Shown here: positions 25,871 through 37,500 of the stretch, piece after piece | Numbering within the stretch: the first letter of the stretch is position 1 | How the letters are laid out: the number at the start of each line of letters is the position of its first letter | Assembly (NCBI RefSeq): GCF_006345805.1 | Contig: NC_042997.1 | Coordinates: 190,402,001 to 190,466,000 of the forward strand | Direction of reading: 5' to 3' | Length of the DNA stretch: 64,000 nt | Source of the DNA: Octopus sinensis | Lineage: Eukaryota | Position numbers and translations under genes: made by a program | Notes under the pieces: model-generated | Databases searched by the model: none | Told to the model about the DNA's origin: nothing | The model's input: only the letters and a program-made list of their open reading frames with translations

Positions 25871-27198
25871 CAATATTATTAGGTGTCGTATAAAAAATAT
25901 TTAATATTTAATATTAAAATATTTAATATAGTAGAATTATAATCGATATATTGTGCGATATATTTTAACAAAAATATTTTATAGGGACCTTATGGGTCAT
26001 ATGTAACTCGGTTGAGAAACAAAAATTTATAGCATCATCTGCCGTGAGGTCTTTGTCTCCATCTGCCTGACTGTTTATGCATGTACGTATCTATATATAT
26101 GTGTGGATGTAAGTGGGTATATGTGTATGTATGTAACTATATGCCAATCTATCTATCAATACATGTATCAATGTTCTTTTATTCTTTTATTTGTTTCTGT
26201 CATTTGACTGCCGCCATGCTGGAGTACTACCTTGAAGGGTTTTAGTCAAACAAATGGCTCTCAAGACATTTTCTTAAAGTCTAGTACTTATTCCATCGTT
26301 CTCTTTATCCGAACAGCTAGGTCATACGGACGGAAACACACCAACGTTTGTCAAACGGTGATGAAGTACAAGCACTGATACAAAGACTCACACACATGAA
26401 TATATATATATATATATAAATCAAGAATATATATATAACACTGTATACAAACGAGAGAATTGTGAAATAAGAAAATAAGATTCAGATCGTTGCGGGTGTG
26501 TGGAGAAAAAGCAGATGCATATAACTACATAAATTATAAATAAATATAACAAATAATATGTATACATTATATATATATGAAAGAAGGTTTGAAAATGCAA
26601 TTTTAAAAGATGTTGTTAACAACAAACAAGATGAGGACAAATATCCATCAAATGAAAATAATGTAAATAATGTACATAATTCTTCATCTCTTAAATATAG
26701 AACTGTAAGCAGAACCATTGATACCGAAATTCATCTGATGGGTGAAAATATGTTTCACCACCAAACAGCATTAGCCGACGACAACTGAAAGTGATAAAAC
26801 CCATTAGATAGGAAACTAGACAATTGTCCGGAATCAAATAATGAAAATATTTGAGATATATGTTCTGAGGAGACTTAGCGTGTGGCCCTGGTGTGTTTGA
26901 GCAAGGGCAAAGAGGTACAAATGGGAACAGAAAAAGATAAAAGGCGAAAGCACTAAATGGGGCAGCAAAGGTCTAAATCTCGGAGTAGAAAATAATTGGA
27001 ATATAATTTAATTTAATAGTGGTCCGTAGGAATCTAAACTATATAAGTTATACAGGTGTGGCTAAAATAATATATATATATATATATATAATATATATAT
27101 ATATAATATATATATTATATATATATATATATATAACATATATAAGAAATAAAATGAAATATATGGGCGGAGTAAAACTTAATGGTACGTAGGTATGT

Positions 27199-27229
<31 letters not shown>

Positions 27230-27281
27230 TATATATATATAATCACTCAGAACCAGACACACATACACACACACACACACA

Positions 27282-27495
27282 CAGTAATCCCTCGATTATC
27301 GGGCGAGTTGCGTTCCCAACATCCCCTCCTCGTGATAGGTGAAGTGAAGTAGAAACAGTACTGTACTGTATATTTTTGTATTATTTTTATAATTTGTATA
27401 TATAAATTTCATTATAAATGCAAAACATCACGGAGGTATCGACGTAAGGTTAAATAACCGCGATAGGCGAACCGCAATATCGCCAGAGATTACTA
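27282..27495. mobile_element. Tigger/pogo-like MITE
   Basis: CAGTAATCCCTCGATTATC ... GATATCGCCAGAGATTACT termini; internally homologous to 13968. Confidence 0.8.
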
Positions 27496-27510
27496 TATGT
27501 GTGTGTGTGT

Positions 27511-27876
27511 ACAATTGCAACGTGGAAGGTGTTTATAAGCCATTTAAGAAACACACAAAACCGTTAGATTCACTTCAACATTTAAATATAAATTGGCAAA
27601 ATATTTAAATTTAATTTGTCAAAATATTTTCGTCGCTTTGAGACCGCGACCTCTTCACTGACAAAACTTCGAGATGCAGCACGAATTTTTTGTCAGTGAA
27701 CAGATCGCGGTCTCAAAGCAACGAAACTATTTTGACAGATTAAATTTAAATGTTGAAGTGAATCTAATGGTTTTGTGTGTTTCTTAAATGGCTTATAAAC
27801 ACCTTCCACGCTGAAATTGTTTTTGTTCCAGCACACGACCTCAGATCAAGTCACTCGCTATGCAAGTACATCTCCG

Positions 27877-27880
<4 letters not shown>
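27511..27880. repeat. Palindromic (fold-back) element, arms about 135-155 bp with about 20 nt loop
   Basis: 27511-27666 is the reverse complement of about 27687-27820 (one 22-nt insertion); the family recurs at 39673-39879. Confidence 0.9.
27688..27738 (+). ncRNA. Hammerhead-like motif with G3-C8 swapped core
   Basis: TTTTGTCA-GTGAACA-G-ATCGC-GGTCTCAAA-GCAAC-GAAA-CTATTT-TGACA; mirror copy on the minus strand at 27615-27666. Confidence 0.55.
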
Positions 27881-27923
<43 letters not shown>

Positions 27924-27984
27924 GATAATATAATATGATATAATATAATAATATAATTAATATAAATAATATATATTCTTTTAG

Positions 27985-28345
27985 TTTGTTACTTGTTTCA
28001 GCCATTAGACTGTGGCCATGCTGAAGCAATGCTTTTAGTCAAACAGATCGACCCCGGTACTTATTCATTGTAAGCTAGTACTTATTCTATTCGTCTCTTT
28101 AGCCGAACCTCTAAGTTTGGAGGATACAAACATACTACCATCGGTTGTGAAGCGATGATGGGGGGGGGGACAAAAAAAGGCACAAACACACACACACATG
28201 TATATATATACGGCGGATTTCTTTTAGTTTCCGTCTTCCAACTCCACTCATATGGCTTTCGTCGGCTGCCCCAAGGTGCCACGCAGTGGGACTGAACCCA
28301 GAACCATCGGGTTGGTAAGCAAGCCACTTACGACACAGCCACTCA
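27985..28345 (-). mobile_element. SINE family C
   Basis: Reverse complement of the GAGTGGCTGTGTCGTAAGTGGCTTGCTTACCAACC head plus GGAAACTAAAAGAAATCCG and the 3' part. Confidence 0.85.
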
Positions 28346-28387
28346 TATATATATATATATTACTATATATATATATATATATCTAAT

Positions 28388-28453
<66 letters not shown>

Positions 28454-28788
28454 ATCATATATTAATATATATATATATATATATATATAATTTCAACAAT
28501 TGAGGGTAAAATTAATTAATTAATCAATTTCACCAAGTGTTCAGTATGCAAAGGGACCATTTAAGGCGAATTCAAATTATTACATTATATAAAAGGGCTT
28601 AGTAAAATAAATTACTTTGCCGCATACTGAACTCATTAGAAATAGCAGCTAAAAAAACATTTATAAAACTATTTCTAATACTTAAAGAAAACCTCTCTCA
28701 TATAGTGTTTGCTCAATTCAACTCACGGAAGTATGGGGGGTAGAGACATTAAAAAATCAGATGCAAAGGTTATTTGAGAACGTATATA

Positions 28789-28834
<46 letters not shown>

Positions 28835-28964
28835 GTGTGTGTGTGTGTGTGGTGTGTGTGTGTGTGTGTGTGTGTGCGTGCGTGTGTGTGTGTAACCAAA
28901 TGCGTAGAGCGTTACTTTAGCGTGTTCACTTGTCTGCATATGTGTGTATCTATAAATCTATCAA

Positions 28965-29175
28965 AGAGTCATTTTCTTTTTCTGCCTTATAATTTAACAC
29001 ACTCGCCGTTAAAATTTCCACTAAATAAAAAATTAGAAATAAGTGGAAATTTTACCGGTGACTGTGTCAGGAAATAATAGCACAAAAAGAAAATGACTCT
29101 TCCCAGATACAACAGAATATGCTTCAACACACGAACTCACATAAAGAATCTTGCAAACCAAATCCCCAAACGAAA
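28965..29175 (-). repeat. Dispersed repeat with terminal 136-nt fold-back
   Basis: AGAGTCATTTTCTTTTT (28965) pairs with AAAAAGAAAATGACTCT (29100), with inner arms also pairing; the single-arm homolog lies at 19485-19620. Confidence 0.8.
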
Positions 29176-30059
29176 TTATATATATATAACTTACAGGGAA
29201 AAATTAGATTTAGGATTAAATCCAATTTTATAGTATAAATATATTATATTATATTATATTGAATTAGAGATAAAACCACTATTAGGCAAATCAAACAGTG
29301 AAAAACATAAGCCAATACACAAAATTAATTAAAAAATATAAAAGTTAAAAATAAAAAATTATTTAAATAATTTAAACTTATAAATTTTATATATATATAT
29401 ACAAATATATATATATGTATGTATGTATATTTTTATATCTATATATTATTTTATTTATTAATTTTTTTGTTGTTTTTTTATTTTTTTGGGGTTTTTTTAT
29501 ATATCAAAAGTATTAAATATACATAATATACACATACATACATACATATTTATACACATATATCCGAACAGTATATCTCTTTGTATAACTCTATCTCCCT
29601 CTTCATTGTTTTCCCGTCATCTTTCTCTCTTTCCCTCTCTCTCTCTCCCTCTCATTTTGTCACTGTCTCCCTCTCTCCCTGACTCTCTCTCTCACTCACC
29701 CTCTCTCCCTCTCTCTCACTCACCCTATCTCCCTCTCTCTCACTCACCCTCTCTCCCTCTCTCTCACTCCTCTGTATTTTAAAATAAATCAATGCATTAC
29801 TCTAGATGTTTATATACGTGGGTATGTATCAATGGAACATCAGTCGGTCGATAGATCTATCTGTTATAAAATGTTCTCTTTCTATCGTTCCATCAATCTA
29901 TATTGTCCGTGTATCATTATATCTGTATTGTTGTCCATCCTCTGTGTTTTTCAGATTTTACGTTTTATATACGTGTACGTTTCTGGCCATGTATGTGTGT
30001 ATATATAGAGAGAGGGGGGGAGGGGGAAGGGAGAGATATACATATAGATAGATATATAC

Positions 30060-30500
30060 ATACATATTATTTTATGTAGAAACATACAAACTGGGACAAG
30101 AACGTAAAACATTTAGAAGACGATACAAAAAACACGGACGGGACATTCGAAGCCTTCAATCTTCAGTCAAGAACCGGATCATCGTAGCAATTTCGGCTGA
30201 TTAATCTTGAGATCGCTCCGATCCGACCAGCCCCAAGGAAAAACTAATCTACGAGCATTAGATTTCTTGGAAGAAGGATCGAATGTATACGAAACAGGGA
30301 CAGAAAAACGGACGATGCCACACGAATATAAAATACAAAAAACAAAAATGGTAAAAGCAAGACAAAAATAGCGGGTGTCTTACGACTAATAAACAGTACA
30401 ACAAGTTTAGCTGGCGTATTTTGAAAAAATGCCTTTATCGGCAGACGAAGACAACAGATGTTCTCACGGCGGTGGTCGAAGCCCACAAGGCTGATTTTGA
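30060..30500 (-). mobile_element. Penelope-type non-autonomous repeat P1 (inferred)
   Basis: Carries the permuted hammerhead-like motif; another copy starts at 63900-64000 (shared GATTTC(T/C)TGGAAGAAGGATCGAATG(T/C)ATACGAA). Confidence 0.5.
30150..30217 (-). ncRNA. Non-circularly permuted hammerhead-like motif, copy 1
   Basis: Minus strand AGCG-ATC-TCAAG-ATTAAT-CAGCC-GAAA-TTGCT-14 nt-CTTGA-CTGAAGA. Confidence 0.6.
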
Positions 30501-30724
30501 CCAGCGGTCACGTGACAGAAGAAAGAGAAAAGAAAGGAGGCAAAGGAAACAAAGAGAGAGAGAAAGAGGGATACATAGATACATACATACATACATACAT
30601 ACATGCATACATGCATACATATGCATATACATATATATATGTTTGTACACACAGACGCGCGCGCACACACACATACACACATATATATATATATATAAAT
30701 AGTGAGAGAGAAAGAGAGAGATAA

Positions 30725-30759
<35 letters not shown>

Positions 30760-30799
30760 TACAGAGATAAACAGACGGGATAAAAAGACAGACAGACAA

Positions 30800-30842
30800 A
30801 CAGACAGATATATAGATAGATAAATAGATAGATAGGCAGATT

Positions 30843-30903
<61 letters not shown>

Positions 30904-30904
30904 G

Positions 30905-30948
<44 letters not shown>

Positions 30949-30964
30949 CAGATAGATAGAAGGC

Positions 30965-31025
<61 letters not shown>
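30800..31025. repeat. (GATA)n microsatellite
   Basis: Directly visible. Confidence 0.98.
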
Positions 31026-31759
31026 TGTATGTTTGCACTCGGTATATATGTGTGCATATAGGTAGATAGGTAGTTAAGCACGTATGTATTTATGTACCTA
31101 TGGATGTTTTTTTCATGATTATATATATATTTAACTCTAAGGAATTAATTTTGCAGAATGCTTAGCGGCATTTTGTCCAATTTCACCTTCTGAGTCAAAT
31201 TCCACCGGGATGGGCTTGGCTTTCCTAATTTCGAAGTCGATAAAATATATGTACCAGTTAAGTCTAGGGGACGATGTAATCGACTTACCCTTCCCGAAAT
31301 TTCTGGCCTTGTGCCAAATTTTGAAATATACATAGGTGTATTTAAATGTACTGTACCTATCGAGTTCTTTATCATGTATAGATAAATTAGATTTTAATGT
31401 ACATCTATATCTATATATTAGTTAGATATCCACGCATAGATATCTCTCTAACTATTTAGACCTGTCCGTGTGGTTAAAAATTTTGCTTTTCAAATACGTA
31501 TCATGGTTTAAATCCCCGCAAGCGGTACAGTGTCAAGTGTCAGGATCGAAGCCAATTAACACCTTGTGAGTAAAATTTGGTCAATGGAAAATATGTTGAT
31601 ATTCGTCGTGTATGTGTATATGTATGTATAAATATATATATGAATGGAACCAAACCGCAATGGAGGCCATTAAAACGTTCGGACAGATAGACGATACAGA
31701 GGCAGACAAGAGAAACAACAATTAGAAGGACAGGTGAAAAAAAAAAAGGCGGGTCATTC

Positions 31760-31829
31760 TTGGCTTTCTTTCATCAGTCAAGTCCCAGAAGTCACGACCA
31801 TTTTGAGCAGTTATACTTGAGATTGTTCG
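31760..31829 (-). ncRNA. Non-circularly permuted hammerhead-like motif, copy 2 (degenerate)
   Basis: Minus strand CGAACA-ATC-TCAAG-TATAA-CTGCTC-AAAA-TGGTCG-12 nt-CTTGA-CTGATGA; G12 is changed to A. Confidence 0.5.
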
Positions 31830-31999
31830 ATCTGGTTGACCCCCAAAAAGTCTAAGCTAAAAGCATTAGACCCCTTTGTAAGAAAGTTAGCGAATGTGTA
31901 CGGCAATAAAACAAATAAAAAATCGGAGAATATGGTACACAATTACGAATGAATGTATGTATAAATATGTGTGTGTGTGTGTGTATACACTTATATGGA

Positions 32000-32620
32000 C
32001 ATATATACACTTAGATAATTATGTAGAAGCCTTTCCATGCCTCCCTCAACTCCACTTTGTCACCCTGAGCCCATCCTTGTTTTTTAGTACCATTCCTTTC
32101 GACCTACAGCGAGCCAGCCCTCTCTTGGATATGTTGAACCTTTTCATTTCCCCAGCCGCTTGCGTCAATTTCGACAGATTATAAATCTCGAAGTCATTTC
32201 TTAGATACTGTCTGATCGCTTTGCAGAGAACGGAATACCCGAAGTGATCTTTCATGCTCCGCTCCATATTTTCCGTGTCTCTAGCATTTTTTTCGTCTCC
32301 TCCGAGATTCTTCCGTCAGGGTCTCCCTGGCTTGAAGTTTTTCATTTCCATATGCAGCTTTTAATTTTTAAGGTCAGCAAGCTGTAGTCTTCATCGGGCT
32401 TTTCATGCTTACTCTAAATTTCCCCCTTGATAGCTCCCTGCAACTATTTCCCAACAAAGGCCTTGGTGCGTTGCTTCTTCATTGAGATATGCAGAGCCTT
32501 TTTCTCTTTTATTTCATTGATCATGATCTTCTCCCGTAGCAAATGATAATCATTGCCTGTGCTAAATGGCGCTGCTACTGAGAAGATCTGCAATATGCAG
32601 TTGATAATCTGTTGCACCAA
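32000..32620 (-). mobile_element. RTE-clade LINE, endonuclease end and linker fragment
   Basis: PFSTGNDYHLLREKI...GRISEETKKMLETRK...LCKAIRQYLRNDFEIY...LKNKDGLRVT. Confidence 0.7.
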
Positions 32621-32639
32621 GTCAATAATCTGTATATCG

Positions 32640-33000
32640 TGATGTTGGATTGCTTCGAGTTCTGTTGTTAGACGCTTTTCGGTGATCACATGAAGCATAA
32701 TGCAGGCGACTAAGAATAAATGTCCTCCACATGAGAAGCATAGTATCCTTTTTCTTTGTTCTGAATGATCTCAGAATACAACGCGCCACTGGCCTGCACA
32801 GTAGTAACGTGCAATCCCAAACCCTGGTTCTCTGTATTCCATTTGTAATGTTTGTGGGCCAATAGTGAGTAGAGTGCTTGAAACCCTCCAACATCGAACT
32901 GCATGTTATTTTCGCCAGCCCACAGTACATTGAATTTAGGTTTTATGGCACTTTTAGAGTGTCATCACGGCTGCAATACTTTTCTATCATCAGCATAGCT
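32640..33000 (-). mobile_element. CR1-clade LINE RT fragment
   Basis: ARCILRSFRTKKKDTMLLMWRTFILSRLHY...LTTELEAIQ. Confidence 0.8.
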
Positions 33001-33016
33001 GGTGACAGTGACTTAC

Positions 33017-33055
33017 ATTAAGACCTGCGGGCATATCGGACACAGTTACTACAAA
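33017..33055 (-). CDS. Candidate 39-nt symmetric exon
   Basis: Acceptor CGCGTCTCTTCAG|, donor AAT|GTAAGT; one open frame, FVVTVSDMPAGLN; protein not recognised. Confidence 0.3.
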
Positions 33056-33124
33056 CTGAAGAGACGCGGTACGTCGATATGACGTGATCTGGCAGTTGCT
33101 GTCTGCCAACAATGTAAATACGTT

Positions 33125-33356
33125 AAGGCGGCGAGCTGGCAAAACCGTTAGCACGCCGGGCGAAATGCTTAGGAGTATTTCGTCTGCCGTTACGTTCTGA
33201 GTTCAAATTCCGCCGAGTTCGACTTTGCCCTGCATCCTTTCGGGGCCGATAAAGTAAGTACCAGTTACGCACTGGGGTCGATGTAATCGACTTAATCCGT
33301 TCGTCTATCCTTGTTTGTCCCCTCTGTGTTTAGCCCCTTGCGGGCAATAAAGGAAT
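33125..33356 (+). mobile_element. SINE family A with 17-bp TSD
   Basis: AACAATGTAAATACGTT at 33108-33124 and 33357-33373. Confidence 0.95.
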
Positions 33357-34024
33357 AACAATGTAAATACGTTTGTTTTTATGCACCATGCTTCCATACG
33401 AGAGGACGTCTCAAGGCGAATGTCGCAGTATTCGTCGTTCTAACAAAACATCCACATTAATTTAGATATAAAGATAGTTTTAAGTATTAATACTACCTCT
33501 GTCGCTGATAATTACTTTTATAAATAAACCTGCTCATCATTTGTGAAATCAGTGTCTGGAAAGTCACTAAAATTCTATATATCAATGAAAGTGATATTTG
33601 GCTGATATGTAGCAAGCTGAATTCCATCGCTGAAAAGACCCATTACACAGAAATCACATGATCTGGTAGTTCTGGGGCCCATATCAGACGGTTGTTATAT
33701 GCCAATGGCATAAACGTGTGCTTTTATTAACCATGAGCCTATATGAGAGATCCTCGTATAGATGAATAGCGTACGATTCGGTGTTATAACAAAACATTCA
33801 CGTTAAGTTGGATGTAAAGATTGCCTTTTGATATATATGTATATATGTATGTGTGTGAGAGAGAGTGTGTGTGTATGTGTACAGTCACAGAGAGTGAATA
33901 AAAATACATCCACACTCACACACATATATATACACGAGTGTGTGTATGTACGTATGTATATTTGCATGCATGTATATATGTATAAATGCAGACATACACA
34001 GGGACACTTACACACATATACAAT

Positions 34025-34155
34025 AGAAGAAGAAGAAGAAGAAGAAGAAGGAGAAGGAGGAGAAGAAGGTGGAGGAGGAGGAGGAGAAGAAGAAGAAGAA
34101 GAAGAAGAAGAAGAAGAAGAAGAAGAAGAAGAAAGAAGAAGAAGAAGAAGAAGAT
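34025..34155. repeat. (GAA)n/(GGA)n microsatellite
   Basis: Directly visible. Confidence 0.97.
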
Positions 34156-34371
34156 ACTCCTGCTTTCTTCTACTCTCGGATATACTCACTGTAAATTATG
34201 TATGTCTTATCTTTTACTTTCTTTTTTCAGTAGGCTGCGACCATGCTGGGGCACCGCCTTAAAGCTTGCGGGGACTTTATCAAACAAACAAACAGACACT
34301 GGTCGATGAAATCAACTTACAAGGCTCTGGTCGAATTATAAAAGATATAAACATATCCCGAAATGTGCGTT

Positions 34372-34413
<42 letters not shown>

Positions 34414-34776
34414 TGTGTGTGTGTATGTATGTAAAATTCCGTCTCGTGAGGTAATATAATAGTTATGTACTATAAGTGCTCTGGGTTGGTTTGTCACTAA
34501 TACTCCGTTGTGTACTGTAACTGAAACAAATCTGGTTTTGAAGCTGCCTATACAAGATGGCTGCTAGTGTCAGCTCATTGAGAAAAGAAAGAACGAACAA
34601 CATTTAGAAAGAAAGAACGAACAAGCAAAGCATGTATTTAATTTGTAATTCAAGCATAATTTCAGAGTAGTTATACAAGAAAAAGAATTAAGAAATAAAG
34701 CGTAAAGTTTCTTACATCTGTTCCTAAAACAGCTGAACATATGGGTAATATGTCATTAGGAAAAGATTTGCGCGTA

Positions 34777-35298
34777 CCGTAAATCTTCGAGTATAGTCCG
34801 CCCTTGAGTATAATATGCAGGGGATTGTTAGGGGGCTGTACCTCTGAGAAACCTAAACCTTGTGTATAATACGCACCCCTTCTCTAACTTGAGTCGTGCG
34901 TAATTATACCAGCAGTACCTAGTCGAACAAACACTTCCGTGCATGCGTAATACAATAATGGCGATGTTCTTAACTGTTATATGGGAATGTAAATATGTTT
35001 GCAAATTGTTTTTGTTACATGTTATTCTGTTTTCTGAATACTTTAATTTTAATAACGTTGCTTACTGCAAGTTATGGATGATTCTTTTATTACTTCATTG
35101 CTTTCAGGCTTAGCTTAATGTATTTTCGCGCCCGACATCACAAAATGCGTCTGCATAAACATTACCGGACAGCAAATAGAGACTCAGACATTGCTTAGAA
35201 AATATTTTTCATGTTTAACCTCGTATATAGTACACACTAAGGATTTTGACCTTCAAATTTATGGGGGGAAAATGCGGATTATACTGGAGGATTTACGG
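34777..35298. mobile_element. pogo-like MITE
   Basis: TA-CCGTAAATCTTCGAGTATAGTCCGC ... GCGGATTATACTGGAGGATTTACGG-TA. Confidence 0.85.
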
Positions 35299-35898
35299 TA
35301 AGCCAACTTCTCTTCGAAAATGGAACTAGTAAATACTATTATCTTTTATCAAGGGTACTCCTTGATTCTTCAACAAGTGCGAGCTGCTATGACATAGTTG
35401 GCTTACGTGGAAATGTTTGCTTAGTGACATATGTTTCGCATGCTCGGCTACTCTAGAAACAGCTGTAAGAGTTTTTACGTGTTATTTCTTAATGCCGTAC
35501 TTACTATAATTACTCTGGAATTATATTTGAATTTTAAAGTAAATGCTCTGAAGTGATATCACGTTTTGCTAGCTCCTAATATGTGTGTGTGTTTGTGTGT
35601 GTGCATATATATATACATACACACATACATATATATATAATCATGTGTGTGTGTGTATACATTAATGTATGCATATATATATGTGTGTGTGTATATATAT
35701 ATATGCATGTGTGCGTATGTGTATGGATTAACGTATGCATGTGTGTATTTATGTGGGTGTATACATACACGCACCCATAGTTGCATACGTATAGATACAA
35801 GAAGTTACATAATATGTTTATATACATGTGTGTATGGGTGTATGCGTGAGTGAGTACATACACTCACACATAAACACACTATCTATATGTGTGTGTGA

Positions 35899-35954
<56 letters not shown>

Positions 35955-36087
35955 ATACAGTTGTGTAGCATTTCAAGATGGAAAGGAAACAAATGCTTCT
36001 TTGGTCTTCATTGATGCATTTTTCTTTCTGTAGTTTCAGATCAGAGCTGTGGCCATGCTGATGCACCGCCATTTTGCAACACTGTTA

Positions 36088-36370
36088 TTACTGAGAGCCT
36101 CCTCTAATATGTGACACTAGTTGAAGAATGGAGTTTGATATAGCTACCCTCGTTTGCACCTCTTGCCGTGATGTAGGTTCATCTGGGACTCTCGACAGGA
36201 AAAGTTCCAGTTTTGATTTTAAAAAGCCTACATCTACTTTGTTCAGGTTCCTCAGACTCTTTGGGAGAATATTAAAAAGCTGTGGGTCCTTGAAACCCAG
36301 GCTGTTGCATTCTCTGTTTCTGAAACGCGATGGCGTTGTTGAGATCTTTGGCTCCATGCAGTGTCGTCCG
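36088..36370 (-). mobile_element. CR1-clade LINE 3' fragment
   Basis: CNSLGFKDPQLFNILPKSLRNL...FLSRVPDEPTSRQE. Confidence 0.85.
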
Positions 36371-36394
36371 TTCTGGCATAAGATAATATTTCAT

Positions 36395-36740
36395 TTCATT
36401 ATTGATAACAGAGTCTCATCTATTTGGCAAAATGTTGATCCTTTAGGCGTAAAATTATTTAGAATTGCTTGCAAAGAATCATCCAATATTACTTTTAACC
36501 TCTTGACATTTAATAAAATATTTTCCAGCAAATAATGTTGCAACGATCTGAAAAAGTGACAGTCAAATGAAGCAAAGTTAGAAGAATAAAGAGGTTGAAG
36601 CAAAACTGTCACAATTAGTGCCATAATATTTTCCTGAGAGATTTGGATGATGTGTGGTCGTGTATTATTGTGTAAGACCAACACTCCTTTAGAACTAACC
36701 GATAGTGGATGCTTTTCTACATTCCCAAATGGTGACAAAA
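36395..36740 (-). pseudogene. Mariner (DD34D) transposase C-terminal relic
   Basis: KGVLVLHNNTRPHI...LQPLYSSNFASFDCHFFRSLQHYL is a decayed LHDNARPH...HPPYSPDLAPSDYHLFRSLQ. Confidence 0.8.
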
Positions 36741-37317
36741 CTTCTCCACATTCACTGTTTCACTTTGGCTTGACAGTTCATGGTAGTGAACGCTATTTAT
36801 ATGTCACTAATCACGGAGCATAACATTTTTAAGTGTAGTAATGATTTGAAGATGGACTGTCATATTTCATTGGGTGCTAACCATTGAAGCTTGCGTTGGA
36901 TATGATTATAGAGAGACTATTTTTAATCACATATGATGATTCTACTCAGGATCGGTAGCAAGTCTTCTCTTGAGGACAACACTTTGATTAAGCTAAGAAA
37001 GCAGTCAGATGATGAGGAATGGACCCATTAACCAAGTTTAGACTCGTCTTAATCCATGAAAGTGTTTTACAATCGAAGTATGACTTGTATTCGACTGTTT
37101 TGCTAATTTTCGAGCAGTTTGCTTTGGATTTTCCTCAAATGCGAACGTCAGAAACTCATTATGCGCATAAAACCTGGTCGTCCTGATCAAAGGAAATATG
37201 AGGGAAAAACTTACCAAGTGAAACTGGCCAAACCGTGTTTCCTTCTCCGAACTTTTAAAACTTCATTTCCATGGGATGAATATTTCTTCTTGCTTCAATT
37301 ACTGAAGAGGCCCTTTT

Positions 37318-37457
37318 GAATTCGCACAACAAGCATTGAATTCGAACAGTAAACATTGAATTCGAACAGTAAGCATTGAATTCGCACAGTAAGCATTGAA
37401 TTCAAGCAGCAAGCATTGAATTCAAGCAGCAAGCATTGAATTCGCACAGCAAGCATT
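37318..37457. repeat. Minisatellite, 7 x 20 bp (GAATTCGCACAGCAAGCATT)
   Basis: Seven contiguous units with variant middles. Confidence 0.95.
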
Positions 37458-37500
37458 AATAGGGCTGCCAAAGAAGTGCTCAAATATAAATGAGACTAAG

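Noticed and set aside
26558-26788. 76-aa N/D-rich ORF
   Set aside because: Starts in TA repeats and has no recognisable motif; left unassigned.
33056-33079. CTGAAGA-GACG-loop-CGTC-GATA hammerhead-like string
   Set aside because: GATA instead of GAAA, no stems I or III; better explained as the pyrimidine tract of a minus-strand acceptor, or chance.
37318-37457. CRISPR-like appearance of the 20-bp array
   Set aside because: No unique spacers, only 7 variable nt per unit, no cas genes, and a eukaryotic context.
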